Positions 48,770 to 62,160 of a stretch of DNA of 64,000 nucleotides are shown here, one piece after another. Origin of the DNA: Dipteris shenzhenensis (Eukaryota); assembly GCA_047967505.1 (NCBI GenBank), contig CM106538.1; one strand, given 5' to 3'. The notes beneath the pieces were generated by a model. The model made no database searches, was not told the origin of the DNA, and was given only the letters and a program-made list of their open reading frames with translations. Both the position numbers and the translations under genes were made by a program. The stretch's first letter is position 1. The number at the start of each line of letters is the position of its first letter.

Positions 48770-49445
48770 ATAAGGTTTGGGCAAAAGAGCTCTAAGCATT
48801 GCAAGCCCTAGTGTGTCAAGTGACTCAAACATAGGAATGTGTGTTGTTGCAAACACACATAGAATTTGATCTAGCTTGGAAAGCTTCAGACGACCTGAGA
48901 TGTGGTTGTTTGCTTCATGGAGGTAGATGCACATGTCTCCTAGGTGAATGTCCCATTAACCAATGACTCTTGCTAATTTCCCCAAGGACATAATTATCCC
49001 TATGATTGAATTTACTAAAAATTAGTCTTTTCAAGAAATGTAAGATGAAATACAAAGTGCATGCTGGTACAACAAGCCTTGGGGGGTGCAAATCCTAGGT
49101 ATCATGTGCGTTCAAGGAGTATTAAAAAAATCCCTCACCTAAAATTTTCCCCCCAATAAAACCACCCCTCTTTACTTAGGAACTAGCATTTTTTTCCTAA
49201 ATTTGAATTAAAAAACCCCTCTTGTTATTGTAATCCTGTTAAATTTTTCCCAAAAGTTGGATTAAAATACTCCTCCTTTTGAATGCACATGCTACACTAA
49301 ATTTTTTGGAGGTGAACCCCTGTAGCAACAAGAAGATAACAACTTTGGTGCATAAAACCCATAGCCACTTATTACCTATAGGACATGCCTGATTCTATGG
49401 AATTTCTTTGGTTCTAACCATGGAAAGGGGGAGCATGATGGATCA
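48770..49445 (+). pseudogene. Second, more deleted Sola-like transposase remnant
   Basis: Homologous to 42480-43500 (VCCCKTH, EIQSA.WYNK, WNFFGSNHGKGEHDG). Confidence 0.7.
49078..49325. mobile_element. MITE of the same CT(C/T)GGGGGG family, ~8-bp TSD caacaagc/caacaaga
   Basis: The empty site is visible in the paralog at ~43120 (tggtacaacaagcagataac). Subterminal catgtgcgttcaa / ttgaatgcacatg. Confidence 0.75.
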
Positions 49446-52400
49446 TGTGGTGGAGTTATTAATCAATCCTTTTATTGACATCAGTTAACATGCCATTAAG
49501 ATAGGTTACAAATTCCCACGATATAGCAACATGTGGTGTAGTTATTAATCGATCTTTTTATTGACATCAGTTAAGATAGTTTGCAAATTCCCACAATGTA
49601 GCAACATGTGGTGTACGTATTAATCGATCTTTTTATTAAAATCGCAAATTCCCATGATGTAGCAACATAGCATGTGTCTAACCTCTCCTTAGGGGCATAG
49701 TTGGAATATAGTAAATATAGCCTCAACAATAGTTTACTATGTGGAGCATTCCACGAGGTGGAGTGGATGAAGTGAAAAGGTCTGAGGAACAAATGTGACT
49801 ACATCCTTTTGTTTCCATGATCACAAGTCATAAAGCCATGAGGTCGAGGTTTGTTAGATAGTCCTCTATTGTGCAACTGCTCATCAGAAAACTAGGGTCA
49901 TTAGTAGAGTCTTCTTGGTTTGTAATAAGCCAACAAACTCAGTAGAGTTGAGGCATAGAGTTTGATTGAATAGAGAGATAAATGGTGTGATCTATTTTGA
50001 CTTCATCTGATTGTATATCGAGGTTGTTTATTGAGCGGCTCTTTTTTAGTCTATGTGAAGAGTGAATCTTACAAGAAAAGAATTGTATATTCACTTTGAT
50101 TTCCAACATTTGGTATTAGAGTGTGGTTGTGAGGATCCAGAGAAGAAGAATTCATGAGCAAAGATTCAGGCCAGGCAGTCTTGATATCAACGGTCATGTG
50201 CTAGTGTGGAAGACAAAGAGGCCAAGGAGTAAAGTACATCATTGTTCCAAAGCTCCTTTAGAAGTTCTAGCTAATGTGTGCTCTCAATTGTTGCTCGAAT
50301 CGGGTTGTGCATGCTAGATTGAAAGCATGGAGTCAATGAAGAAGACAAAGAAGTCCATCGCCAGGTTCACTGGTAGGAACTTTGTGAGCTGGTAGCTATC
50401 GGCCAAATTGTGGTTCATGCAGAAGGGCTTGGAGGGGGTCATTGTTTGCTTGGGTGTAGCCATTTTTGGTGAGGTTCAGGGACTTTTCTGTATATAAGTA
50501 TCTTGCATGACCTATAACTTATGCATTGCTCAACGGAATTTGGCAAACTTTGTCTTCAAGCTATAGTAAATTCCAAACTTGAACATGAGAGCAAAAAATT
50601 ATGGAATAAGGATTTGGAATGAGATCGTTAAAGCATTACAAGAGCTATGTTGCATGTGAAGCATGCATCCTGAAGACTATAGGATATAGCAATTTATTCA
50701 AAAAAATCAAAATTTTGTTCTATACATACATGCAACCAAGTAATCATTCTAAAGTACACTATGTGAGTTTCTCCTCAACCCAAGAACATACCTAAATGAG
50801 ATCATTATGGATGGGTTAACGTGCCTCCAATATTATGTAAAGTGATGCATTCCCATTTGAGGGCATGGTCCATAACTTTTTTTTGATTTGTTCTAAAAAC
50901 CAAAACAAATTCAAAATTTGGAATCCAAACTATTGGGACTAGTGCATGGTGGTCTTAAAACATTGATAGTTGTTGGTATTGGTATCTAGTTTCACCCTAA
51001 AATGGAAGAAGTTGGAAAAGTGCAATTTGTGCATGTGAAAATATATTTTAATAAATCCAACACTATTTATAATTTTCAATTGTTTCTTTTTCCATGCACT
51101 TGCTTTCTATATGGCTCATAAGCATGCCAAAGGTATTTTCATTTAATAATACACAGTATTAAACCCGATAGCATGTTCTTTGGCCTATTTGTGTTTTGAA
51201 GCATTTTAGGCCACATTGCATTTGTTTTAGATATCCGATTCTGTTGACATGTATCGCCGGAGGGGGAAAAATCGACAGCTGAAATTTTGCTACTCCTACA
51301 AATTTTGGGTTTTCACAAACACCCTGCAAATGCCCTACAACTTGCATGCACCTCGACGTGACCTTGCGCAAACTTTGGTTTGCTATTGTCTTCATTTAGG
51401 TAAGTTATCTTCAAAGCTAGCTTCTCTTTCTTTTGGTTTGGCATTGTTGTCTTTCATTGATTGTCACCATGGCAACATGTAGCTCAACCATGGCCTATAA
51501 GTGAAGCTTTGGGCTGCGAGATAGAAAAGCTGAAAAGCTTGGTCAGGGCACAAGGAACAAAAGACTCCTTGTAAAGCAGCAACAAGAAGCAGTTGTTTCA
51601 GATGCACGCATTCGATCATTGCCATTAGAGTAAAGAAAATAAGCTGTGATGTCACAATTGGTGGTAGCCTTCGAGGAAGCAACATTAGGCCATTCAGGTA
51701 AATACCATTCTTGAGTCTTCACAAGCTTTAGCCTGCACTTTAAAGGTCATAGAGTGACAACCCTATCAACACCTTGTATTTTTGTGCCAAAACATCATCA
51801 CTATTGCAATGTCTCTCCTTTCCTTGCGTCCTGTTGAAGCCCATAGACTACTCGAATTGGGATGATTAGGAATTGCTTCCACTCCTCATGCATCTCTTGA
51901 GAGTTTCTCCAAATAACAAGGTCATTTGTAGAAAGCAGACGGGATGCAAGATGTTTGACGAGCACATCATACACATGCTTGATACAACACAGGTTAGTGG
52001 TTGCCTAAACCATCCAATGGTTGCTTGTGATTGAGCTTTGGGATAGTTTACTTGTTTCATTTCTTGATACAACATAGGTCAGTGGTTGCCTAAACTAGCC
52101 CAGTGGTTGTTTGTGATTGAGCTTTAGGATAGTTTACTAGGCTGGCCTGGACTTAATGTGATTGTCCTAAACCAGCCCGGTGGTTGGAATATCATGCAAC
52201 CGTGTGGCTAGTTTAGCTCAAACACCAGAACCAGGCTCTGGCTAGGACTTAATGTGATTGTCCTAAACTAGCTCGGTGGTTGGAAAATCATGCAATTGTG
52301 GTTGGGTCAGCTTAAATACCAGTTATGTGATTGTCCTAAATGAGTCTGGTGGTTGGAATATCATGCAACCATGTGGCTAGTTCAGCTCAAACACTAGAAC

Positions 52401-52489
52401 CAGGCTAGCTTGGACTTATTGTGATTGTCCTAAACCATCTCGATGGTTGGAACATCATGCAATCATGATTGGGTTAGCTCAAACACCAA

Positions 52490-55400
52490 TTAAGGCTAGA
52501 GGAGTTAGGCACTTGCCAGAGGAGGTAGGCACTAGCAACGAAATGCATTAGCATTGGTTTAGGATTACCTGCAATCCCCACAAAGTCTAATCTTTAGTAA
52601 ATCCTAAACAACCACCGTGCTCGTTTCACTAAATCCCAATCAATAAATCCCAAACAAGGAAAAATGTAAATCCCAAACAACCACCGAGCTTGTTTTAGTG
52701 ACAATGATTGTGCATGAGGGACCATCTAATTCATAGGTTCAGATTAGCATTCATTCAGAATCAGACTATAATAACAATGATTGTGCATGAGGGACCATCT
52801 AATTCAAAGGCTCAGATTAGCATTGAGCTGGAATCAAACTATAATAACAATGACTTTGCATCTAGTTCACAAGCATAGATTAGCATTCAATCGGTTTATC
52901 AGGCTATAATAACAATAGTTTAGAATGAGAACTATCAGCCCCCTCTTCCTATTGAATTATCATGATCTTGGCACCGATGACCAAGAAATTCTAGCATGGC
53001 AACCATCTAATCGCACGTCATGGCTAGGTGATGATGTAGATGACTACCTATGCTAGGCTGGGCTACCAGCAAAATCCAGCGGGTGGATTGTGTGCTCTTA
53101 GCAGCAATAGGCATCCAGAGTTGCACAACTGACACAAGAAATGAAAGGGAAAAGAGTTGGAAGGTCGAAAGTCTAGCTATATAAAGGCCTTAAGGGCAGA
53201 GAAACAATTCACCGCAGCCAGGAAAATTTCTCTCCTGCCCCCTTCCATGCTCTCTCCAAGCCCCCTTCTACCCCTATGATGAATCTTTTGTTGCAGCCTT
53301 GATGCCCCTTCATAATGGTGCCCAAGTCATGTGATCCGTTGTTTGCCTTGGATCTCCATCCCAGCCCACCAGCCATATCCATGACCAACAGATTTGCAAG
53401 ATGGAGAGCCAAGGAAAATGGGTCATCATTGTTCTATCATGCACTGGCAGAGAACTCACCTTGGTGATGAGACTCTCATAATTGAGCACAACCTTCGGCA
53501 CTACGGAAGGAGAACTCAACTTGGTGATAAGTTGTAACACACTGAGAGCATGCATTAGTGTGTTGGAGCTCACCACCAGATTTAGTTCCCTGTCCACTGT
53601 CAAATGTTGTGCTCGATTGAGCTCATTGCCAAGTTGAGTTCCCTCTTGAAAGAAGACATTCCTTGATAACCCCACCAGTGCCTTGAAAGAAGTTGCAATG
53701 AAAAAAGCAATTCCTTGATAACCAACCATGTTGTAGGATGGGGCACTAAGGGAAATGGGTCGTCGTTGTTTTGTGAGGCATTGGGAGAGAACTCAACTTG
53801 GAGATGAGCCTCTCATAATTGTGCACAACCTTTGACACTAGGGAAGGAACTCAACTTGGTGATCAACTCTTACACACTGAGAGCATGTGTCAGTGTGCTG
53901 GAGCTCACCACAATATTGAGTTCCCTGTGTCCACTGTCAAATGTTGTGCTCGATTGAGCTTACCTCCAAGATGAGTTCCCTCTTCCAGTGCCTTGAAAGA
54001 AGTTGCTATGAAAAAGTTTATTTCAATTATGAGGTGGTTGATTTGTCCCATGCATACGAGGAGTTCCGGGACAAAATTGTAAAAAAGTCCTACCTATAAT
54101 AGCACTACGAGGTGCTTGCATTGTCCCCTGCATAGAAGGCACCAGGTCAAAAGTGTAAGAAAGTGCTAACAAGGGCAAAAAGTGAAACCCAGTCCTACCC
54201 CATAGTGGTGGTGTTGACAAGTGATAAAAGTGTTTAAAGAAGTGTCACAAAGACAAAGTGCTAGCATCTTTGTATGTAATCTATTTTGTTAAATGCTTGC
54301 TTTGGATGTAATTTATTTTGTTTCAATTTTGATGTAATACTATTATCGCAAAAACTATTGGATGTAAATTCTTTTGTTTCAATTTCTTGATGTATATCAT
54401 TATTGCCAAAACTATTGTTGCTGTTACTTCGGTAGTGAAAGTGGCTCTTAAGAAGAACAAATGGCATATTTCTACCCTTGTTTACATTTTACTGCAACTA
54501 TAGGGATTGTTGCACAAGAAATTGTTCATTGTTACTATAGTGAAAATGGTTCCAATAGCTAGTGTGTTGGTTGAGAACTATAATAACTCCAATAACCAGT
54601 GTAATCGTTGCAAGGAAACTATACCAAATTGCAAATGTCTACATTTTCCTTAGCTTAGAACTAAAATAGCTCCGAGAACGTGTGCGAGGGTTGAGAAATT
54701 GTTGCACAAGGAGTAATACGACTAACATATCTCCAAAATAACACCATTTTCCTTGGTTTAGAACTAAAATAGCTCCAACATATAGTGCGGTGGTTGCGGA
54801 TATGGACATTGAGAGGTACCCTTTAGAGATTGACATGCCACAGTGGTCTTCATGCCAATGTGGTGGTCTCTCCATGCCAACATCATTGCTTGAACCAGCA
54901 CGGTGGTCATAAACATGGCAAGGAAAAGGATGTGTGATGTAGTCATGCCAAAGGCAGAGCAACAGTCTCTGTGCTCATGAGTAAATGCATATAGTGCTGT
55001 GTGTCAAGCTCTGCACTATTGACCATTAGAATCGTGATTGGGTCAACTCAAAGACTAGTTAAGGCTAGAGGAGGTAGGCACTGGCAACGAAATGCATTTT
55101 TGTTGGTTTAGGATTACCTACAACCCCCCACAAAATATAACTTTTAGTTAATCCCAAACAACCACCGTGCTTGTTTCATTAAATCCCAATCAATAAATAC
55201 CAAACAAGGAAAAATGTAAATCCCAAATAGTATACTAATCCCAAACAACCATCAAGCTAGTTTTAATGACAATGATTGTGCATGAGGGACCATCCAATTC
55301 ATAGGTTCAGATAAGCATTCAGTCGGAATTAGACTCTAATAACAATGATTGTGCATGAGGGACCATCTAATTCAAAGGCTGAAATTAGCATTGAGCCAGA

Positions 55401-58400
55401 ATCAAACTGTGATAACAATGACTTTTCATCTAGTTCACAATCTTAGATTAGCATTCAGTTTGTTTATCAGGCACTAATAACAATAGTTTAGAATGAGGAT
55501 GTGCACATTTTTCGAGCAAAAACCTACAAGCCGAAAATTCTGAGTGATAATGTTTGACACCAACCATGCTAGTATATTTCTCAAAGGAATATACAATTCT
55601 TTCTTAATTTCTCATTTATGGAACCATATACTTATTTATTTATCATTATAATCCTCATTGTAGAGAACATCATCTATATATGAACAAATAGTGAACACTT
55701 TAGAAAATCCTATAAATCCCTCCCTACCATACTCTCTTATGAGGATTATGGTAATTCAATTGATTTAAAAAGGTTTCCGTTATCTTTAGCAATCCCATAT
55801 TTGAAGTATTGAGAAGCTGTCATGTAACAATGTATACCATATTCCTTGGATGAGTAGGAAAAGGATATTGAAAATCTTATAATTGTAGCCATTATTATCG
55901 ATCATAAATTAATCTCTAATACATTATAAAACATGGGAAGGCAAGGGAGGTATTTTCAAAATATTCCCAATTCTCCAAATCTAAGTACTTTTAAGGAAAT
56001 GTGGTCCCAACTGAACTCCTTCCTACCATAATATGAATTAGGAAAAAGTTGTAACTCTCATATACATCTTGAAATTTCAAATTTATCTCTTCTATACCTA
56101 AAAAAAATTATAATTTTAACCTACCTTTGTATAGATCATGAAATTTTGAATATTTTTCCTTTTTACAGCTCCTCAATGTGAGCTAAGGAGCAAAAGTTAT
56201 GACCCATTCTTTGTAGGCTCTCCAAGGGTATTCCGCCGACAGAATAGTGTTGGGGAAAGCTCTTCAAACCATATTCCTCTAGTAGAATATACTTAGAAGG
56301 TCTATTAAAAAGATGTTATATATTTTTCTTAGCTCTTCTTGAGGAGCTATAAAGAGGATATTTGCTCAAAATTTTATGATCCAACAAATGGTGAAAGGAA
56401 AAGAAATGATATTTGAAAGTCATAAAATAAGTCGGTATTTGGACATTATGTATGTATACTATATAAATGTATATTTATATCTTTCTATGTTCATCAATAT
56501 TTCATATTTACTTACACATTCCTTGAAATAATTTGGAATTTTGTGCTTCCTAAAAATGACTTGAGCCTATATATTTTGACCCCTCCCACCTTTTATCTGC
56601 TCATCGCTCGGAGGTTTTCACTCGGAAAATGGAAGCCCCTTTTAGAATGAGAACTAGCATTAAGCTGGAGATAGACTCTAAGAACATATCTCACTGTTAG
56701 AATTACCATCTAATCACACGTCATGGCTAGACAATGATGTATATGACCACCTATGCTAGGCTGGGCTACCAACAAAGTTGGGTGTATGTGCCATCGATCC
56801 TCCCCCCTCATCCCATTGAATTATTATGATCTTGGTTCTGATGACCGAGAAATTCTCCCATGGCAACCATGGCTAGACAATGATGTAAATGGTTGCCTAG
56901 GCTAGGCTAGGCTACCAGTAAGCTGGGTGCATGTGCCACCACTCCTCCCCCCTCTTCCTATTGAATTATCATGATCTTGGCTCTGATGATCAATAAATTC
57001 TAGCATGGCAACCATCTAATCGCACGTCATGGCTAGACAATGATATAGATGACTGCCTATGCTAGGCTCGGCTACCAACAAAATCCAACGGGTGGATCTT
57101 GTGCTCTTAGCAGTGATAGGCACCCAGAGTCGCACAACTGACACAAGAAATGAAGGGAGAAAGTGTGGGAGGGCGACAAGTCTAACTATATAAAGGCCTT
57201 AAGGGCAAAGAAACAATTCACCGCACCCACCAAAATTTCTCTCCTATGCCTTCCACGTTCTCTCCAAGCCCCCTTCTACCCCTATGATGAATCTTTTGGT
57301 GATTAGCTGTAACACACTGAGAGCATGCGTCAATGTGCTGGAGCTCACCACCACTAGATTGAGTTTCCTATTTACTGTCAAATGTTGTGCTCGATTGAGC
57401 TCACTGCCAAGTTGAGTTCCCTCTTCTAGTGCCTTGAAAGAAGTAATTCCTTCATAACCCCACTAGTGCCTTGAAAGAAGTTGCTATGACGAAGATAATT
57501 GCTTGAAAGACTTGAAAGAAAAACCTCATGACCAACCATGTTGCAGGTTGGGGAGCCAAGGGAAATGGGTTGTCGTTGTTCCGTGAGGCACTGGGAGAGA
57601 ACTCAACTTAGTGTTGAGCCTCTCGTAATTGCACACAACTTTTAGCTCTAGGGAAGGAACTCAACTTGGTGATCAGCTCTAACACATTGAGAGCATGCGT
57701 CAGTGTGCTGGAGCTCACCACCATATTGAGTTCCCTGTCCACTGTTGAATATTGTGCTCGATTGAGCTCACCTCCAAGTTGAGCTCCCTCTTCCAGTGCC
57801 TTGACAGAAGTTGCTATGAAAAAGGTTATTTCAATTATGAGGTGCTCATATTGTCCCCTGCAGACGAGGAGTTTCGGGTCAAAATTGTAAGAAATTCCTA
57901 CCTATGATAGCACTAGAAGGTGCTTGTATTGTCCCCTACATACAAGGCACCAGGTCAAAAGTGTAAGAAAGTGCTTACAAGGGCAAAAAGTGACATCGGG
58001 TCCTACCACAGTGGTGGTGTTGACAAGTGCTTAAAGAAGTGTCACAAAAGCAAAGTGCTAGCATCTTTGTATGTAATCTGTTTTGTTAAATGTTTGCTTC
58101 AGATGTAATTTATTTTGTTTCAATTTCGATGTAATACTATTATTGCAAAAACTATCGGATGTAATTTCTTTATGTAATTTCTTATGTTTCAATTTCAATG
58201 TGGTACCATTATCGCCAAAACTATTGTTGTTGTTACTGCGGTAGTGAAAGTGGCTCTGAAGAAGAACAAATGGTATATTTCTACCCTCATTTATATTTTA
58301 CTACAACCATAGGGATCGTTGCACAAGAAATTGTTGAAAAAATTGTTGTTACTGTAGTGAAAATGGTTCCAATAACTAGCACCCTATTTTAGAACTATGA

Positions 58401-58950
58401 TAACTCCAATAACCAGTGTGGTGGTTGCAAGGAAACTATACTAAATTGCAAATGTCTACATTTTCCTTAGCTTGGAACTAAAATATCTCCAAGAACGTGT
58501 GCGGTGGTTGAGAAATTATTGCACAAGGAGTAATATGACTAAAATATCTCCAAAATACACTATTTTCCTTGGTTTAGAACTAAAATAGCTCCAACATCCA
58601 GCGCGGTGGTTGCGGATATGGACCTTGAGAGGTCCCATTAGAGACTGCGATGACACGGTGTCTTTATGCCAACGTGGTGGTCTCTCCATGCCAACATCAT
58701 TGCTTGAACTAGCACGGTGGTCAGCGCAGCAAAAGATTTTGTTGCGCAGCGATAGATGATGAAGCTGCGCAATGATAGGTGGCAAGGCAAAGGTTTTGTG
58801 CTTTAGTCAGGCCAAGTGATAGATGGCGAAGCTGTGCAAGCAAACATGGCAAGGCAAAGGATGTGTGATGTAGTCTGCAGAGGAACAGTCTCTATGCTCA
58901 TGAGTAAATGCATATAGTGCCATGTGTCGAACTGTGCGCTATTGACCATG
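52490..58950. repeat. Internal tandem duplication (~52490-55030 vs ~55060-58950)
   Basis: Colinear shared blocks such as ggcactagcaacgaaatgca, ctatataaaggccttaagggca and aaatgttgtgctcgattgagct. Confidence 0.9.
55496..56640. mobile_element. Non-autonomous Mutator-like (MULE) element, 1145 bp, 9-bp TSD tttagaatg
   Basis: TSD at 55487-55495 and 56641-56649, degenerate TIRs, and an empty site in the duplicate copy at ~52919. Confidence 0.8.
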
Positions 58951-60494
58951 ATAAGATTGCATCTGATTATTATGCCAATGTGCCTTCATGATGTCAAGAA
59001 AAATTTCGGCGAGAGCATGGGTCCACACAAATTTCAAATATTCACTCAGAAGTACATCGTGTTGTGGCCCCGAAAATAGTTACGTGATTGGCTACACCCA
59101 AGTAAACATTGACCCTGGGAGATTGTGTCTGAGTCACAGAAGGAACTAAGAACTGGAGAAGCAGAGAAATGATCATGGAAGAAGAACAACGACAAAGCAA
59201 TTTGTATGATGGTGGGATGAGTCCTAGGAGAGGAATACTTTCACCATCTTGAGATTACAAAGTCAGCAACAGTGAATTGGTCAATTCTAGAAGCACTGTT
59301 CAGGACCAAATGCATCATTCAAAATCAAATCTCAAACAACAACTTTACAATCTCTATATGAATGGCAAAAAAGATCTGGAAACCTTTTTGAATCGCATCC
59401 AGATGCTCTTGAAGCAACTTCAAGGAGTTGGTGCCAAAATTGAGGATGGTGATCAAAAGTCTATACTCTTGAAAAGTCGTCCTTCCAGGTTCAATGAGAT
59501 AGCACCATCCTCTGTTGTGTAGTTGCTCATCAAAAAGCTAGTCCTCTGTTGTTGTGCAGTTTCTCATTAGAAAACTAGGGTCGTTAGTAGAGTCTTCTTG
59601 GTTTGTAATAAGCCAACAAACTCAGTAGAGTTGAGGTGCAGAGTTTGATTGAATAAATGAAAGTGTATCTTCAATTTTTTGAAAGTGAAGCAACATCCCT
59701 TCCCAACATCTCATTGATGACCACCTCATTTGTACTAGCATATTGGTCCATGGGCACACATTATTGCAATGGGCTTCCATCTAGTAAGGTAACATGCTTG
59801 ATTGGCCTGCACTTAAGTAGACTGAGAGAATTGATGTCTTGGGTAAAAGACTCTTAGATACTTGATTTAGTTTTTTCTTTCTTCTCAATACTCACACCAA
59901 TGCAATCATTTCCTAGTAGATCAAAGTTGATATAATCATTTGGGAAAACATATAAGATCACACCTTCCCCAATGGTTTCTATCATGCTCTCATCCCACAA
60001 GACAACTCTTTTATTCTTCCAAGATTCACAAATGCAGTTCTTAGTTTCTAATGAAGAAACTAGAAAAATCCTCAACGTAAGGTTTCTCAAGCTCACTTGC
60101 TAGAGCCCCTTAATCTATTGGCTCATCTAAAGCAACATCGTCATATTGTAGGGAGGTCTTAGGCCAAATTGAGACACTCCAAATTGCTTCACCAACAATA
60201 ATCATTGCATCCTTAGTGGAAAATGGCAAGGGAGTTTCATTATTGAAATGCTTCCACTATCACCAATACATTATCTATCTCAATTTCACACCACTATAAT
60301 ACCCATTTGGATCGATACTACAAACTACACTTGTTGCAACCACTTCATTCCCCACCAAAATCTTCACCTTGTCCCCACATGTAGTAGACATTCCCTATCG
60401 TTCAATTATGGAAAATATGATTGCGACCATATAAATATCAAAGAGAATCATAAGATAGGTCCATTGAGGTGCAATAGACGAAATTTGGCTTTGT

Positions 60495-61130
60495 AGTGGG
60501 AGAATACTTGCCAGTCTCCCATTACAAAGCTAAAATTTTAGAAATTCTTTGCAAGGAGAGCTTGCAAAGCTGAAATTTGCAACTAGAGAATGGCACTACT
60601 GCCATTCTTCCCTTGAAAATCCAAGTAGAGAATGGCACTACTGCCAAAGTTTTCAAATTTCATTCTTTGCGAGGAAAGAATGGTGCTATTGCCATTCTCC
60701 TAGTGTAATGTCAAGATTGCCTTTCTCTCCTTGCAAAGCCAAGATTTTCAAAACTTTTTTGCAAAGAGAGAATGACACTAATGCCATCCTTCCAAAGCCA
60801 AAAGGGTAGAATGGAATAATGCCATTCTCCCATTACAATGTCATAATTAAAAAATTTTGGCTTTTCTTGAGGGGAGAATGTCGCTAGTGCCATTCTCCCA
60901 TTGGAATGTCCTATTTCAAAATTTTGTCTTTGTAAGGGAAGAACCTTTTCAATTCTTGCAATCATCCTCTCACTCTCTTGTTGGGGCTTCAAGTTATATG
61001 CATCAATCACTCTTGCCATTCTCCCCTCATAAAGATAGAATTTTGAAAATTTCATCTTTGCAAGAGGAGAATGGTACTGGGAATGGCCTGGAGCCATTCT
61101 CCCCTTGAAAGCCAAAGTTTTCAAAATTTT
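60495..61130. repeat. Array of palindromic gagaatggca-N5-tgccattctc units
   Basis: About 10 degenerate copies alternating with caaagttttcaaaatttt-type spacers. Confidence 0.85.
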
Positions 61131-61131
61131 A

Positions 61132-62160
61132 GGGTCAACGTTAGCTTGCGTATAGCCAATCACGAAACTATTTTTGGGGCCGGGATGCGATATGCTTCTA
61201 AGTGAATATTTGAATTTTGCACGGACCTACGCTCTCACTAGAAATTTTCTCGATGTCATGAAGGCGCACTGGCATAATAATGAGATGCAATCTATTTGTT
61301 CAAAACACCGCATAGCTCGACACATGGCATCTCTGCACTGCTTCGCATAGCATAGTCTTTGGCCTACGCCGCCTGATCACTTATCATCGTGCTGCCTTTT
61401 GCTGCTGCAGCTTTGCCACCTGGCACTAGGCACAAACCCATGCAGATCATTAAAATTGAAGATTGGCTTGGAGAGACCACTGCGCTGGTTCTTGTCGTAA
61501 TAATTAGATGCAATCTATCATTCTAAACACCGTCGCAGCACAGCTGACCACTTGTCATCATGTAGCCTTTTGCCGCTTCTTTGCTCGTAGCCCATGCAAA
61601 TCACAGGTTGGCTTATAGAGACCACCACGCTGGTTTTTGGTGTAATAATGAGATGCAATCTATCATTCTGAGCATTGCCTCAGCATAGTCTCTGGCTTGA
61701 CCACTTGTCATCATCTATAATTCAAGGTTGTCTTGGAGAGACCACCGCACTAGTTCTTGGAATTATAGCTCTGTTACCTATTTTTACATATTACAAGAGG
61801 AGATCTATGAAAGCCACTGCGTTGGTTCTTGGAGTTATGAATTTGTGTACCAAGGAAAATGTATTCTATTGTGCAACCAAGAAAAATGCAATTGACGATA
61901 TGGCCCTTGAGGGGTCCCCTTTAGGGGCAAGGCCCATATCTACGTGCATTATACAATATCCAAGATGCCACTGGACAGAAATGGCATGTCAATATGGCCC
62001 TTGCCCCTAAAGGGGGCCCCTCAAGGGCCATAACATCAATTGCATTTTCTGAAAGTTAATTGTATTTTTCTAGATGTATCTCCATGCAACCACAACGGTG
62101 GGGTCATTGGAGTTATTTTAGCGCTATTTTGGTCATAAACCAAGGAAATTGTAGTCCTTC
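61132..62160. mobile_element. End of a second member of the GGGTCA-TIR family, opposite orientation
   Basis: 61132-61292 is the reverse complement of 58952-59115. The inner boundary is uncertain. Confidence 0.7.
61883..62048. mobile_element. Small fold-back MITE-like element (~165 bp, ~55-bp arms)
   Basis: aaaatgcaattgacgatatggcccttgagggg...aggggcaaggcccatat is mirrored at ~61991-62048. TSD not clear. Confidence 0.7.

Larger units (their letters stand above)
50436..59115. mobile_element. 8.7-kb non-autonomous TIR element made of internal duplications
   Basis: gggtcattgtttgcttgggtgtagcca / tggctacacccaagtaaacattgaccc TIRs (2 mismatches). It splits a copia gag; TSD unresolved. Confidence 0.75.
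49740..59655 (+). mobile_element. Degenerate internally deleted copia element, split by a large insertion
   Basis: LTR-like segment ~49880-49972 recurs at ~59562-59655. PBS tggtattagag at 50112. The gag start (RFTGRNFVSW...MQKGL) at ~50350-50431 resumes as WEIVS...KQQLYNL...ILLKS at 59116-59500. The left boundary is approximate. Confidence 0.7.

Noticed and set aside
48428-48934. His/Ile- and Tyr/Met-rich ORFs
   Set aside because: Artefact of the (TATG)n microsatellite.
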